The notes under the pieces are model-generated. The model worked only from the letters and a program-made list of their open reading frames with translations, did not search any database and was not told the origin of the DNA. The translations under genes were made by a program, and so were the position numbers. A DNA stretch of 64,000 nucleotides from Bacteroides sp. (GTDB lineage Bacteria > Bacteroidota > Bacteroidia > Bacteroidales > Bacteroidaceae): NCBI GenBank assembly GCA_020861095.1, contig JAJBTC010000022.1, positions 68,854 through 132,853 of the forward strand, read 5' to 3'. Shown here piece by piece: positions 36,510 through 46,392 of this stretch (positions within the stretch are counted from its first letter, which is position 1; each line of letters begins with the position of its first letter).

Positions 36510-37873
36510 CAAATGGTTTTCCCTTTGAGGGTGGCTGAACTCGCTTCAAGAATCTCGACCTCTACAAAGTCGCCTACTTTATATCCCTGTCGGTCAAAAA
36601 CCACCACTTTATTCTGCGGGGTACGTCCGAACAGCTGATCCCGCGAACGTTTGGATACACCTTCCACTAAAACCTCATAGGTTTTTCCGATACTACGCTG
36701 ATTGGATTCGGCAGACAACCGGTTCTGTAAGGCTATGATCTCATTGAGCCGTGCTACTTTTACTTCTTCCGGAACATTATCTTCCAGATGTTTGGAAGCA
36801 TAGGTACCGGGACGTTCGGAGTATTTGAACATAAACGCGGCATCGAAGCCACACGCCTCCATCAGAGAGAGGGAAAGCTGATGATCCTCTTCGGTTTCGG
36901 AATGGAAACCGGAAAATATATCGGTACTGAGTCCGCAATCCGGGATCATCCGGCGTATGGCTGCCACTCTGTCCAGATACCACTCCCGTGTATACCTGCG
37001 GTTCATCAGTTTCAGGATACGTGAACTACCACTCTGCACAGGCAGATGAATGTGGTTGCATATATTCGGGGTGTCGGCAATTACCTGCAACGTCTCATCA
37101 CTCATATCTTTCGGATGTGAAGTGGTGAACCGGACACGCATGCCGGGCACATGAGCGGCCACCCGGCGCAGCAGTTCCGGAAAATTGATCCGGCTTCCGT
37201 CGGGCTGTTCCAACAGGTAAGAGTTTACATTCTGCCCCAGCAGGGTTACCTCTTTATAGCCTTTTTGCTGCAGGTCGGATACCTCATTGAGTATACTTTC
37301 CAGGTCACGGCTCCGTTCGCGCCCGCGGGTGTAAGGCACAATACAATAGGTACAGAAATTGTTGCATCCGCGCATGATAGAGACAAAGCCGGATATATGG
37401 TTGCCACAGATACGTGAAGGGATCACATCACGGTAAGTTTCCGTAGCAGAGAGCTGCACGTCTATCGCCGTTTCACCCGTCTCCACGGCAGCGATCAGTT
37501 CGGGCAGACTCAGATAGGCATCCGGCCCTACCACCAGATCCACATGGTGATTTTTGATCAGATCCTCTTTCACCCGCTCTGCCATACAACCCAGCACTCC
37601 CACGATCAGCCCTTTTCTTTTCTTTCTCATCGCGTGGAAATAATCGAGCCGATTGAATATCTTCTGTTCGGCATTCTCCCGGATGGAGCAGGTGTTCATA
37701 AACACAGCATCCGCCTCTTCCAGCTGTTCGGTCACCGAATAACCAGCCATTTGCATCACTGAAGCCACCACCTCACTGTCTGCCACATTCATCTGACAGC
37801 CATAGGTCTCCATAAATAGTTTTTTGTCTGCGACAGTTGCAGATTTAAAGTCTGCTCCCGCTACCTTGTTCAT
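36509..37873 (-). CDS. miaB: tRNA-2-methylthio-N6-dimethylallyladenosine synthase
   Basis: 454 aa. UPF0004 N-terminal domain (YGCQMNVADSE), radical-SAM motif CNNFCTYCIVPYTRGRERS and a TRAM domain. Confidence 0.96.
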   Translation of the reverse strand: MNKVAGADFKSATVADKKLFMETYGCQMNVADSEVVASVMQMAGYSVTEQLEEADAVFMNTCSIRENAEQKIFNRLDYFHAMRKKRKGLIVGVLGCMAERVKEDLIKNHHVDLVVGPDAYLSLPELIAAVETGETAIDVQLSATETYRDVIPSRICGNHISGFVSIMRGCNNFCTYCIVPYTRGRERSRDLESILNEVSDLQQKGYKEVTLLGQNVNSYLLEQPDGSRINFPELLRRVAAHVPGMRVRFTTSHPKDMSDETLQVIADTPNICNHIHLPVQSGSSRILKLMNRRYTREWYLDRVAAIRRMIPDCGLSTDIFSGFHSETEEDHQLSLSLMEACGFDAAFMFKYSERPGTYASKHLEDNVPEEVKVARLNEIIALQNRLSAESNQRSIGKTYEVLVEGVSKRSRDQLFGRTPQNKVVVFDRQGYKVGDFVEVEILEASSATLKGKTI

Positions 37874-38175
37874 AGGAATATTTTATTTTGAAAATGAAGG
37901 GTACAAAGATACGTCAACAGGAGCAATTATCGGGGCTCTGTACCGTTTTTTTAACCAGAATCACCCTTTGGAACGCCCAAATAGTTAATTAATGCAAAAA
38001 TAGGAAACATTTTTGGGGGCATCCCTTGCCCATATTAGAAATAATTCACATTTTTGTCTGGTGAAAGAAACATTAGATTTTTTCATAGTTAAGGTTTAGG
38101 TTAAAAAAATTAAGGGGAGCTGTGAAGCTGCCCTTTTTTCATGTCTGAATTATTGGTTTCCTTCCGTTTATTAGC

Positions 38176-38183
38176 TACCTTTG
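38176..38183 (+). promoter_or_regulatory. Candidate -7 promoter box (TAccTTTG)
   Basis: Lies 28 nt upstream of the ATG at 38212. Confidence 0.4.
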
Positions 38184-38211
38184 ACGAGCAAAAATAAAAC
38201 TCCCACGGATT

Positions 38212-38577
38212 ATGGAAGAGATACTTAAGTTTTTAGTGGTCATGGGTATTATAGGCTTTATGATTTACCGCCAGGCCACCAAAGCCCGTAAAGCGGCAGA
38301 GGAAACACAGGCCCAGGCTCCGTCATACGATCCGGAAGAATACGAAGGCTGGGAGGAAGAAGAGGAAACAATCCGGGATCTATATCCTCAGGAGGCTTCC
38401 ACCCGCCAAAGCCATGCCTCCCGACGGACTACTTCGGCACGTCCGCAAACTGTCCGGAAAGTACCCGAAGATGTAGCTACAGAAGAAACAGAGAACATAG
38501 ATTATGGAATTCACTCTGCAGAAGAAGCCCGCAGAGCCATCGTATGGTCGGAAATACTCAAACGCAAATACGACTGA
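38212..38577 (+). CDS. Hypothetical small protein: N-terminal TM helix followed by an acidic, low-complexity tail
   Basis: 121-aa ORF with a promoter-like box upstream. I recognise no family. Confidence 0.5.
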   Translation: MEEILKFLVVMGIIGFMIYRQATKARKAAEETQAQAPSYDPEEYEGWEEEEETIRDLYPQEASTRQSHASRRTTSARPQTVRKVPEDVATEETENIDYGIHSAEEARRAIVWSEILKRKYD

Positions 38578-38622
38578 CACCTGTAACAGAAGAGTCAACT
38601 ATTAAAATACACTAATAACACT

Positions 38623-40122
38623 ATGTCATTTACTTACATTTCAGCAGCCGAAGCCGCAAGCTTTATAAAAGACGGCGATATCCTGGGACTGAGCGGATTT
38701 ACTCCCGCTGGTACTCCGAAAGCCGTAACGATGGGGCTGGCAAAGATCGCAGAAGAAGAGCACCGCAACGGCAGACCTTTCCAGGTCAGTCTCTTGACGG
38801 GTGCTTCTACGGGAGATTCCTGCGATGGGGTGCTTACACGCGCCCAGGCAATCCGCTACCGCGCTCCTTACACCACAAACTCAGATTTCCGTAAAGCTGT
38901 GAACAACGGCGAAATTGCCTACAACGACATTCACCTCTCACAGGTGGCACAGGAGATCCGTTACGGTTTTCTGGGCAAAATACGCGTAGCCATTGTAGAA
39001 GCATGTGAAGTAACTCCGGATGGTAAGATCTATCTGACCGCCGCGGGTGGTATCACTCCTACCGTATGTAATCAGGCAGATCACATCATTGTGGAGCTCA
39101 ACAGTGCTCACAGCAAGAACATGATGGGACTGCACGATGTATACGAACCGCTCGATCCTCCTTACCGTCGTGAAATACCAATCTATAAGCCCAACGACCG
39201 TATCGGCCAACCGTATGTACAGGTAGATCCGAAAAAGATCATTGGTATTGTGGAAACTAACCTGAAAGACGAAGCCCGTGCTTTCGCGGAAGCAGATCCT
39301 GTAACAGACAAAATCGGTCAGAATGTAGCTGACTTCCTGGCCGCGGATATGCGTCGCGGCATTATTCCTGCTTCTTTCCTGCCGTTGCAATCGGGTGTAG
39401 GTAATATAGCTAACGCGGTATTAGGCGCGCTCGGACGCGACAAGACGATCCCGGCGTTCCAGATGTATACCGAAGTGATCCAGGATTCCGTGATCGACCT
39501 CATGCGTGAAGGACGCATCAAGTTCGGAAGTACCTGCTCGCTGAGTGTGACCAACGAATGTCTGGATAGCATCTATGACGATATGGATTTCTTCCGCGAC
39601 AAATTGGTGTTGCGCCCCTCCGAGATCTCGAACCATCCGGAAGTTGCCCGCCGTCTGGGTATTGTCTCTATCAATACGGCGATCGAAGCGGATATATACG
39701 GTAATATCAATTCCACTCACATTACAGGTACAAAAATGATGAACGGTATCGGTGGCTCGGGAGACTTTACCCGCAACGCTTATATCTCTATCTTTACCTG
39801 TCCTTCCATAGCCAAAGGGGGTAAGATCAGTTCCATCGTACCGATGGTATCTCACCACGACCACAACGAACACTCGGTGAATATTGTGATCACCGAACAA
39901 GGCGTTGCAGACCTGCGTGGTAAAAGCCCGAAACAGCGTGCGGAAGCTATCATTGAGAACTGTGCTCACCCGGATTACAAACAATTGCTGTGGGATTACC
40001 TGAAGCTGGCAGGAAATAAGAACCAGACCCCACACTTTATGCAGGCCGCTCTGGGAATGCATGTGGCATTGAGCGAAAAAGGAGATATGCGCGAAGTGAA
40101 CTGGGCGGATTATACCAAATAA
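38623..40122 (+). CDS. Acetyl-CoA hydrolase/transferase family protein (succinate/propionate CoA-transferase type)
   Basis: 499 aa. Motifs LSGFTPAGTPKAV and MMNGIGGSGDFTRNA. Confidence 0.92.
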   Translation: MSFTYISAAEAASFIKDGDILGLSGFTPAGTPKAVTMGLAKIAEEEHRNGRPFQVSLLTGASTGDSCDGVLTRAQAIRYRAPYTTNSDFRKAVNNGEIAYNDIHLSQVAQEIRYGFLGKIRVAIVEACEVTPDGKIYLTAAGGITPTVCNQADHIIVELNSAHSKNMMGLHDVYEPLDPPYRREIPIYKPNDRIGQPYVQVDPKKIIGIVETNLKDEARAFAEADPVTDKIGQNVADFLAADMRRGIIPASFLPLQSGVGNIANAVLGALGRDKTIPAFQMYTEVIQDSVIDLMREGRIKFGSTCSLSVTNECLDSIYDDMDFFRDKLVLRPSEISNHPEVARRLGIVSINTAIEADIYGNINSTHITGTKMMNGIGGSGDFTRNAYISIFTCPSIAKGGKISSIVPMVSHHDHNEHSVNIVITEQGVADLRGKSPKQRAEAIIENCAHPDYKQLLWDYLKLAGNKNQTPHFMQAALGMHVALSEKGDMREVNWADYTK

Positions 40123-40141
40123 ATACAGATCTTTCTTTTAT

Positions 40142-40179
40142 AAAAAGTCGGAAAACCTTTGTAGGTTTTCCGACTTTTT
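40142..40179 (+). terminator. Rho-independent terminator after the CoA-transferase gene
   Basis: 17-bp stem aaaaagtcggaaaacct / aggttttccgacttttt with loop ttgt and a T-run. Confidence 0.75.
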
Positions 40180-40250
40180 TATAGGCTTGTAAAAAAGAGA
40201 AAATATTTACGATTGGAAAGACAGATATTCCAACATTTATTAGATCCACC

Positions 40251-40868
40251 TGTAGAGACACACGGCATGCAGTGATGTCTGGAATAAATCGTTAGCATTT
40301 GAAATCCTATGCTTTATATCAAATAGTTACATTTGATTTTCTACCCGGAAGATTTCAAACTATTACTTTTCCGGAAGCTATCCAAATGACACTCATGTAC
40401 TCTGATTTCCTTTGATTTCCTCTGAAAGCCCGGAGGGCTTTACTATGAACCAACGGTCGACGCAGTCAACCAACGGTCAGCGAAGCTAATAACCCCCAGT
40501 GAAGCGCAGTAAGGGCAGAGCCCGTAACGAAGCGACTGGGGGTATATCTGAGGCATCTACAGTAAACCCCAAAGTGGGTTGAATAGAGAAAAACTCCATT
40601 CTACAAAGCATGAGTACGATTTTACCTCGTTTTATACCTCAGAAAATCATTCAACCCACTTCAGGGTTGAAGAGACTGATGTGATCCATACCCCCAGTCG
40701 CTCCGCTATGCTACGCTTCACTGGGGGTTATTCACATTAAAGCCTCCGGGTTTTCAGAGAGTTATGCACATGAAAGTCCTCGGGGCTTTCAGAGTGGATG
40801 AGTGACAGTTGGATAGTTCCGTAAATATTAACATAGTTTTCCGAACACTACTGCACGGCATGTGTCTC
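40251..40868 (+). repeat. Large mosaic palindromic element, copy 2 (about 618 bp, ORF-free)
   Basis: The ends are tgtagagacacacggcatgcagtgatgtctgg / ccgaacactactgcacggcatgtgtctc. It is collinear with copy 1 but has fewer S and P modules, and its G module (40447-40481) is on the left arm. Confidence 0.85.
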
Positions 40869-40998
40869 GGCAAAACAAGTCCAATAAAGAGATGAATTGA
40901 ATAAAGTATTCAACCTTTTTAGGAAATTATCCATCCTACTGATGATTATACAATCTATATTTTAATTGTATTGGATACGTATGTTGGATATGCCCCGC

Positions 40999-41024
40999 GG
41001 AGACGCACGCCGTGCGTCTCTACA
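40999..41024. repeat. Canonical H palindrome
   Basis: ggagacgcacgccgtgcgtctctaca: 9-bp stem gagacgcac/gtgcgtctc with a 3-nt loop. Confidence 0.75.
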
Positions 41025-41117
41025 AGTGGATGCCGACAGTAACAAATCCATTTTTCCCAACATTCAAAAATGAGTACATGCTACTTCCCAGATTCAGGGA
41101 TGCAACAAAGACTGGTC

Positions 41118-41154
41118 AATTGGTAACCAATCCGTTCCGGATTGGTTACCAATT
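41118..41154. repeat. 17-bp perfect-stem hairpin (ggtaacc-containing) with an adjacent partial third copy
   Basis: aattggtaaccaatccg-ttc-cggattggttaccaatt, followed by ttaaaattttggttaccggaattgg. Confidence 0.6.
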
Positions 41155-41251
41155 TTAAAATTTTGGTTACCGGAATTGGCCTGTTTTTCAGATAGGGTTT
41201 TCGGGTATTCAAAAACAAATTTCGGCAAACCCATAAAAGATTTCTGACAAG

Positions 41252-42703
41252 CTACTCACAAAGCAGTTCACATACAGCATCCTGGAAATCCCGGGCTTTG
41301 GTGCTGGAACGTACATTCTGGTTCATAATGGCAAAAGCCAGTTCATGTCCGTCGGAGGTTTTCAGATAGCCCGCCAAAGTAAATATACCACCGATCGAAC
41401 CGGTCTTGGCATGTACGTTCTTATAGGCCTTCCCACTTTTCATACGGTTGCGCAATGTACCGTCGATCCCCGCGATAGGTAAGGCTTTGTACAATTTCTG
41501 GAAAAGATCGGTGCGTTGGTAGCTGTATTTCAACAGATCTACCAACAGATCCGGAGAGAGGTAGTTGTAATCGGAAAGCCCCGATCCATCGGCCAGGCGG
41601 TAACGTTCCGGTTCATGTCCGATCTTCTCTACCAACTGATTCAATTGCAGCAATCCATCTTCGGCCGATACCCGTTTCTTACCGGTAGCCTGCGCAGCCA
41701 CCCGATAGAGCAGGGTTTCTGCTCCCAGATTATCGCTACGCTTCAGCACTTCGCCGATCACTGTCTGCATAGGAGACTCAAAAGTGGTAATATGCTTAGC
41801 TGCATCGTCTTTTATCAGTTCTTCAAACGCGTAACCTTTGGTAATGATCATACCCTGCTCCTGCAACCGGTCCAGGAAAGTATGCATAAAGAAACGCCCG
41901 GAATCATGGATATTCACCGTACCGCTCCTCCTGGTATCTACATTCCCCTTGACAACGACATTATTCCCGTTTTCCAGCCAGTTACGGGAAACGATAAATT
42001 TACCCGCAGAATTTGTCCGGCTTCTGGTCTCATTGGTAACGGTGTAGTAGGTAGAAGCCGGTTCACACTCCAACCGGGCAGTGTCTCCCCTCTCACCGGG
42101 AATAGCAGTCACCCGTGTGTAACCTTTGTGAAGCATCAGCGGAGAGAGATAAGGATGGTAATAAGAGGGATTATCGTCCCAGGCCCAGCCCGAACCGAAA
42201 TAGATAGAATCTTTCATGGATACATCTCCATAGACATATCCGTCGATCACAGAGAAAGGCAAGGTGATTACCGCGTCTGTCAACGCCTGCAACCCGGTAT
42301 CGTCAAACTCCGGGTCAAAACCTCCTACGACATACAGATCTCCCCGGAGCGTATCGTGCTCGATGGTACCCTTGTACCATACCTCCGTGCGAAAAGGTTC
42401 ATCGGCTTCCGGACGCGAGATAGCGGCAACGGTGGTCAGCAGTTTCATGGTAGATGCCGGCCGGCACAGTTTCTCTCCCCGGTAATTATAAAGGGGTTGT
42501 TGCGCGGTCAGATCGTAGACGGATATACCCACATCGGAGTATTCGTCTAATTTCTCCGCGATCAATGCTTCTATTTTTCCGGCCAGCTCTTCGGACTGGC
42601 CCCAGGTTGCCGGCGCAAACCACCACAGGCATACCAGCAAACAGGTTGTTTTGTTTATCATCTTCTTATTTCTGTGTTTGTATGATAGAATTGACTTCTT
42701 CAA
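41252..42703 (-). CDS. dacB: D-alanyl-D-alanine carboxypeptidase/endopeptidase (PBP4, peptidase S13)
   Basis: 483 aa. SxxK motif PASTMKLLT, KTG motif HAKTGSI and a signal peptide. Confidence 0.9.
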   Translation of the reverse strand: MKKSILSYKHRNKKMINKTTCLLVCLWWFAPATWGQSEELAGKIEALIAEKLDEYSDVGISVYDLTAQQPLYNYRGEKLCRPASTMKLLTTVAAISRPEADEPFRTEVWYKGTIEHDTLRGDLYVVGGFDPEFDDTGLQALTDAVITLPFSVIDGYVYGDVSMKDSIYFGSGWAWDDNPSYYHPYLSPLMLHKGYTRVTAIPGERGDTARLECEPASTYYTVTNETRSRTNSAGKFIVSRNWLENGNNVVVKGNVDTRRSGTVNIHDSGRFFMHTFLDRLQEQGMIITKGYAFEELIKDDAAKHITTFESPMQTVIGEVLKRSDNLGAETLLYRVAAQATGKKRVSAEDGLLQLNQLVEKIGHEPERYRLADGSGLSDYNYLSPDLLVDLLKYSYQRTDLFQKLYKALPIAGIDGTLRNRMKSGKAYKNVHAKTGSIGGIFTLAGYLKTSDGHELAFAIMNQNVRSSTKARDFQDAVCELLCE

Positions 42704-42737
42704 TCGTAATTGACTTTGTCGACCGTTGGTTCGTAAA

Positions 42738-44105
42738 TTAGTAAATCGTAAATTGAGAGAGTGCCTCTTTAAATATCTCTCCTACCGTGGGATGGGCTAC
42801 CACTACTTTTCGCCAGGCTTCTACAGTGAGACCCAGTTCTATCGCCATACCGGCCTGCGCGATGATCTCTGAAGCCGGATTACCCAGCACATGGGCTCCC
42901 AGGATCTTTCCATCCGTACCTATCAACAGTTTACAGAACCCGTTCACTCCTTCGTTCTCCGCCACGAAACGACCGGAGTAACTCATAGGCAATTTTACCA
43001 GTTGATGTTCTATCCCTTCGGCCTGCAACATCTCTTCCGTAGCTCCTACCCCGGCAAACTCGGGTTGTGTATATACTACCCCCGGAATAGCACGGTAACT
43101 CATACAGTCCTGTTTATCCAGAATAGCATGTACGGCTACTTCCGCCTCCCGTACTGCCGTATGAGCCAGCAACGAATGTCCGTTCATATCTCCGCAGACA
43201 TAGATGTGTGGTTGTGAACTGCGCATCGTGGCATCTACGCGGATACGCCCCTGTCCGGTATGCGCCAGGTCGAGTACTTCTATTCCCAGCCCTGTGGTCA
43301 CCGGTACACGTCCCGCACTCACCAATAAACGGTCTGCTTCGAGTACAGTTTCTCCTTCGGATCCGCTTACCTCCATCCGGATACCTCCCTCTTCATGGGT
43401 CGCGGATACGGAAACCGCCCACGTCTGCAACCGGAATTCCACTCCCCGCCTGGCATATTCCTGACGCAAAAGTCCGGCGAGTTCCCGGTCCATACCACCG
43501 AGAATCTCGTTAAACATCTCTACTACAGTAACCTTCACACCCAACGCGTTGAAGTAGGCAGCAAACTCCATACCGATCACGCCTCCACCCAGCACCACGA
43601 TCGAAGCCGGTAGGGATTTTGCATCCAAAGCCTCCCGATGGGTCCAGTAAGATACCTGATCCAGTCCCCGCACCGAAGGAATGAAGGGTTCAGAGCCTGT
43701 ACACAGGATCAGGTTCTCAAACGTATATATCTGGTTGTTGCACACAAGGGTATGCGTATCGGTAAGGGTAGCCGCTCCCGTTACTACCTCTACCCCGCAC
43801 GCAGCAAGGCGGGCTTTGATACCCAGTACCAGTTTGCGCACCACCCGGGTTTTGCGGGAAATGATCTTAGGCAGGTCGAAACAGACCTCCCGGGCAGTGA
43901 TCCCGTATCCGGAAGCATGCCGGACAGCATCGTAGGTCTTGGCTGCGTACAAGAGGGTTTTGGTAGGGATACATCCTTCGTTGAGGCATACGCCACCCAG
44001 GTTGTTTTTCTCAAAAAGGACTACAGATAGTCCGGCTCCGGCAGCTGCCTCTGCCGCGGTATATCCGGCCGGACCGGCACCGATAATAGCTATTTGGTAA
44101 TTCAT
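42738..44105 (-). CDS. lpdA: Dihydrolipoyl dehydrogenase
   Basis: 455 aa. Motifs GAGPAGY, redox-active GGVCLNEGCIPTK and C-terminal HAHPTVGE. Confidence 0.93.
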   Translation of the reverse strand: MNYQIAIIGAGPAGYTAAEAAAGAGLSVVLFEKNNLGGVCLNEGCIPTKTLLYAAKTYDAVRHASGYGITAREVCFDLPKIISRKTRVVRKLVLGIKARLAACGVEVVTGAATLTDTHTLVCNNQIYTFENLILCTGSEPFIPSVRGLDQVSYWTHREALDAKSLPASIVVLGGGVIGMEFAAYFNALGVKVTVVEMFNEILGGMDRELAGLLRQEYARRGVEFRLQTWAVSVSATHEEGGIRMEVSGSEGETVLEADRLLVSAGRVPVTTGLGIEVLDLAHTGQGRIRVDATMRSSQPHIYVCGDMNGHSLLAHTAVREAEVAVHAILDKQDCMSYRAIPGVVYTQPEFAGVGATEEMLQAEGIEHQLVKLPMSYSGRFVAENEGVNGFCKLLIGTDGKILGAHVLGNPASEIIAQAGMAIELGLTVEAWRKVVVAHPTVGEIFKEALSQFTIY

Positions 44106-44126
44106 AGAGTTATACGGGAATCAGGT

Positions 44127-44522
44127 TTATCTATTCATTTGTTTATTTATACAGGCCAGGAATTCCTGCTCGTTCAGCGGGATCAGCGAAAGATACGAGC
44201 CGTCTGTACACTCCACCAGCAGATACCTCACTAAGGAATAGCGACCGACAGTGAGTTTTCGTACCGGGATAATCTGAGTGATCTGTGAAAGAGGCAGCGC
44301 TTTCCCGCGACGGAAACGTCCGGAATGAATTTTCAGCCAGCCCTCTGTTGTTACCGTATACGTTGTATGGATGATCTGCTCGATCAGTACAATCAATAGC
44401 AACATCAATACAACTGCTATCCCGATGGAACGTATCCACAGGAAATACACGGTATTGACTGTAAACAGAATAAGCAGCAGGTATTGATACCAGGCTGTGC
44501 GTGCGTGAAAGATGCGGTCCAT
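44127..44522 (-). CDS. Small membrane protein with a bacterial PH-like C-terminal domain
   Basis: 131 aa: two TM helices followed by a soluble domain. The family assignment is tentative. Confidence 0.5.
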   Translation of the reverse strand: MDRIFHARTAWYQYLLLILFTVNTVYFLWIRSIGIAVVLMLLLIVLIEQIIHTTYTVTTEGWLKIHSGRFRRGKALPLSQITQIIPVRKLTVGRYSLVRYLLVECTDGSYLSLIPLNEQEFLACINKQMNR

Positions 44523-44693
44523 TGTTCCGGTTTTGGCGGCAAGTTAGCAATTTTATGAATTATTGCCAATCAAAAGCAAAATGAAAAACTTATTTTGTAG
44601 TTTTGTATGCTGAACGATCTGCCGGACAACCGGAGAAACGGGCTCCTATCCTGTTACTACCCCTGCCGGAGGAGAGTACCAATACAAAAAGAT

Positions 44694-46274
44694 ATGGTTA
44701 AAAAATTTGATTTCTTAGTCATCGGTTCAGGCATCGCGGGCATGAGCTTTGCCTTGAAAGTAGCCCGTAAGGGCAGTGTGGCACTGGTGTGCAAAACCAC
44801 ACTGGAAGAGGCCAATACCTTCTATGCCCAGGGCGGAGTGGCTTCGGTGACCAACACGCTGGTAGACAATTTCGAGAAACATATCGAAGATACGATGATT
44901 GCGGGCGACTGGCTGAGCAATCGTAAGGCGGTAGAGAAGGTGGTACGGGAAGCTCCTCAGCAGATAGAAGAATTGATCAGCTGGGGCGTGGATTTCGATA
45001 AGAACGAAGAGGGGGAGTTCGATCTGCACCGGGAAGGGGGGCATTCGGAATTCCGTATCCTGCACCACAAAGACAATACCGGAGCAGAGATCCAGGAGAG
45101 CCTGATACACGCTATCCACCGCCATCCGGCCATCACCGTACTGGAAAATCATTTTGCCATAGAGATATTGACGCAGCACCACCTGGGGGAGGTGGTTACC
45201 CGCCAGACCCCGGACATCGAATGCTACGGTGCTTATATCTTAGATCTGAACTCCGGAAAGGTAGATACCTATCTTTCGAAGGTGACGCTGATGGCCACCG
45301 GAGGAGTAGGTGCCGTATACCAGACGACGACCAATCCGCTGGTAGCTACGGGCGATGGTATCGCTATGGTCTACCGGGCCAAAGGTACTGTAAAGGATAT
45401 GGAGTTTGTACAGTTCCACCCGACTGCTCTTTACCATCCCGGCGACCGACCCAGCTTCCTGATCACAGAGGCCATGCGGGGATACGGAGGCATCCTGCGT
45501 ACCAAAGATGGCCGGGAGTTTATGCAGAAATACGATCCGCGTCTCTCCTTAGCACCCCGCGATATTGTAGCGCGTGCCATCGACAACGAGATGAAAAACC
45601 GGGGAGACGATTTTGTTTACCTGGATGTCACTCATAAAGATCCGGAAGAGACCCGCAACCACTTCCCCAATATTTATGAGAAGTGTCTGAGCCTGGGTAT
45701 AGATATTACCCGTGAATACATACCGGTAGCACCAGCTGCCCACTATCTCTGTGGAGGGATATGGGTAGATGGCGACGCACAATCTTCCATCCACCGGCTC
45801 TATGCCATCGGGGAGTGTGCCTGCACCGGCCTGCACGGGGGCAACCGACTGGCTTCTAACTCGTTGATCGAAGCGGTAGTCTATGCCGATGCAGCGGCCA
45901 GATATTCAACACAAGTATTGCCCCTTTATACGCACAACGACCAAATTCCGGAATGGAACGACGCGGGCACCCGCTCCCCGGAGGAAATGGTTCTTATTAC
46001 CCAGAGCATGAAAGAGGTGAACCAGATCATGAGTGCGTATGTGGGTATCGTGCGGAGCGACCTGCGCCTCAAACGGGCCTGGGACCGTCTGGATATTCTG
46101 TACAAGGAGACGGAAAGTCTGTTCAAGCGCAGCTTCGCTTCCAAAGAGATCTGTGAACTCCGCAATGTGATCAATGTGGGTTACCTGATCATGCGCCAGG
46201 CGATCGAACGGAAAGAAAGCCGGGGATTGCATTATACGATTGACTATCCTCCGCTTAAAGAGAAGAACGAATAA
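44694..46274 (+). CDS. nadB: L-aspartate oxidase
   Basis: FAD-binding motif DFLVIGSGIAGMS; RGYGG..; C-terminal ESRGLHYTIDYP. The ORF is open from 44607. Confidence 0.95.
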   Translation: MVKKFDFLVIGSGIAGMSFALKVARKGSVALVCKTTLEEANTFYAQGGVASVTNTLVDNFEKHIEDTMIAGDWLSNRKAVEKVVREAPQQIEELISWGVDFDKNEEGEFDLHREGGHSEFRILHHKDNTGAEIQESLIHAIHRHPAITVLENHFAIEILTQHHLGEVVTRQTPDIECYGAYILDLNSGKVDTYLSKVTLMATGGVGAVYQTTTNPLVATGDGIAMVYRAKGTVKDMEFVQFHPTALYHPGDRPSFLITEAMRGYGGILRTKDGREFMQKYDPRLSLAPRDIVARAIDNEMKNRGDDFVYLDVTHKDPEETRNHFPNIYEKCLSLGIDITREYIPVAPAAHYLCGGIWVDGDAQSSIHRLYAIGECACTGLHGGNRLASNSLIEAVVYADAAARYSTQVLPLYTHNDQIPEWNDAGTRSPEEMVLITQSMKEVNQIMSAYVGIVRSDLRLKRAWDRLDILYKETESLFKRSFASKEICELRNVINVGYLIMRQAIERKESRGLHYTIDYPPLKEKNE

Positions 46275-46293
46275 ATTTCATAGGTTTTATAAA

Positions 46294-46336
46294 GGAGATC
46301 TCCCGACAAAAAATCGTTTTTTGTCGGGAGATCTCC
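46294..46336. terminator. Bidirectional rho-independent terminator between the convergent nadB and sulfatase genes
   Basis: 20-bp perfect stem ggagatctcccgacaaaaaa / ttttttgtcgggagatctcc with loop tcg. It is flanked by aaa on the left and ttttt on the right. Confidence 0.8.
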
Positions 46337-46392
46337 TTTTTCTGAATGCACATACCTTTTATAGGAAGAAATGTATATACTGCATAGGCTGA

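Noticed and set aside
37874-38211. Whether the 340-bp divergent intergenic region upstream of miaB holds a housekeeping ncRNA (6S, SRP, RNase P or tmRNA).
   Set aside because: I saw no conserved signature sequences of these RNAs. There is only a promoter-like box and a weak hairpin, and I did not recognise any tRNA T-arm motif anywhere in the window.
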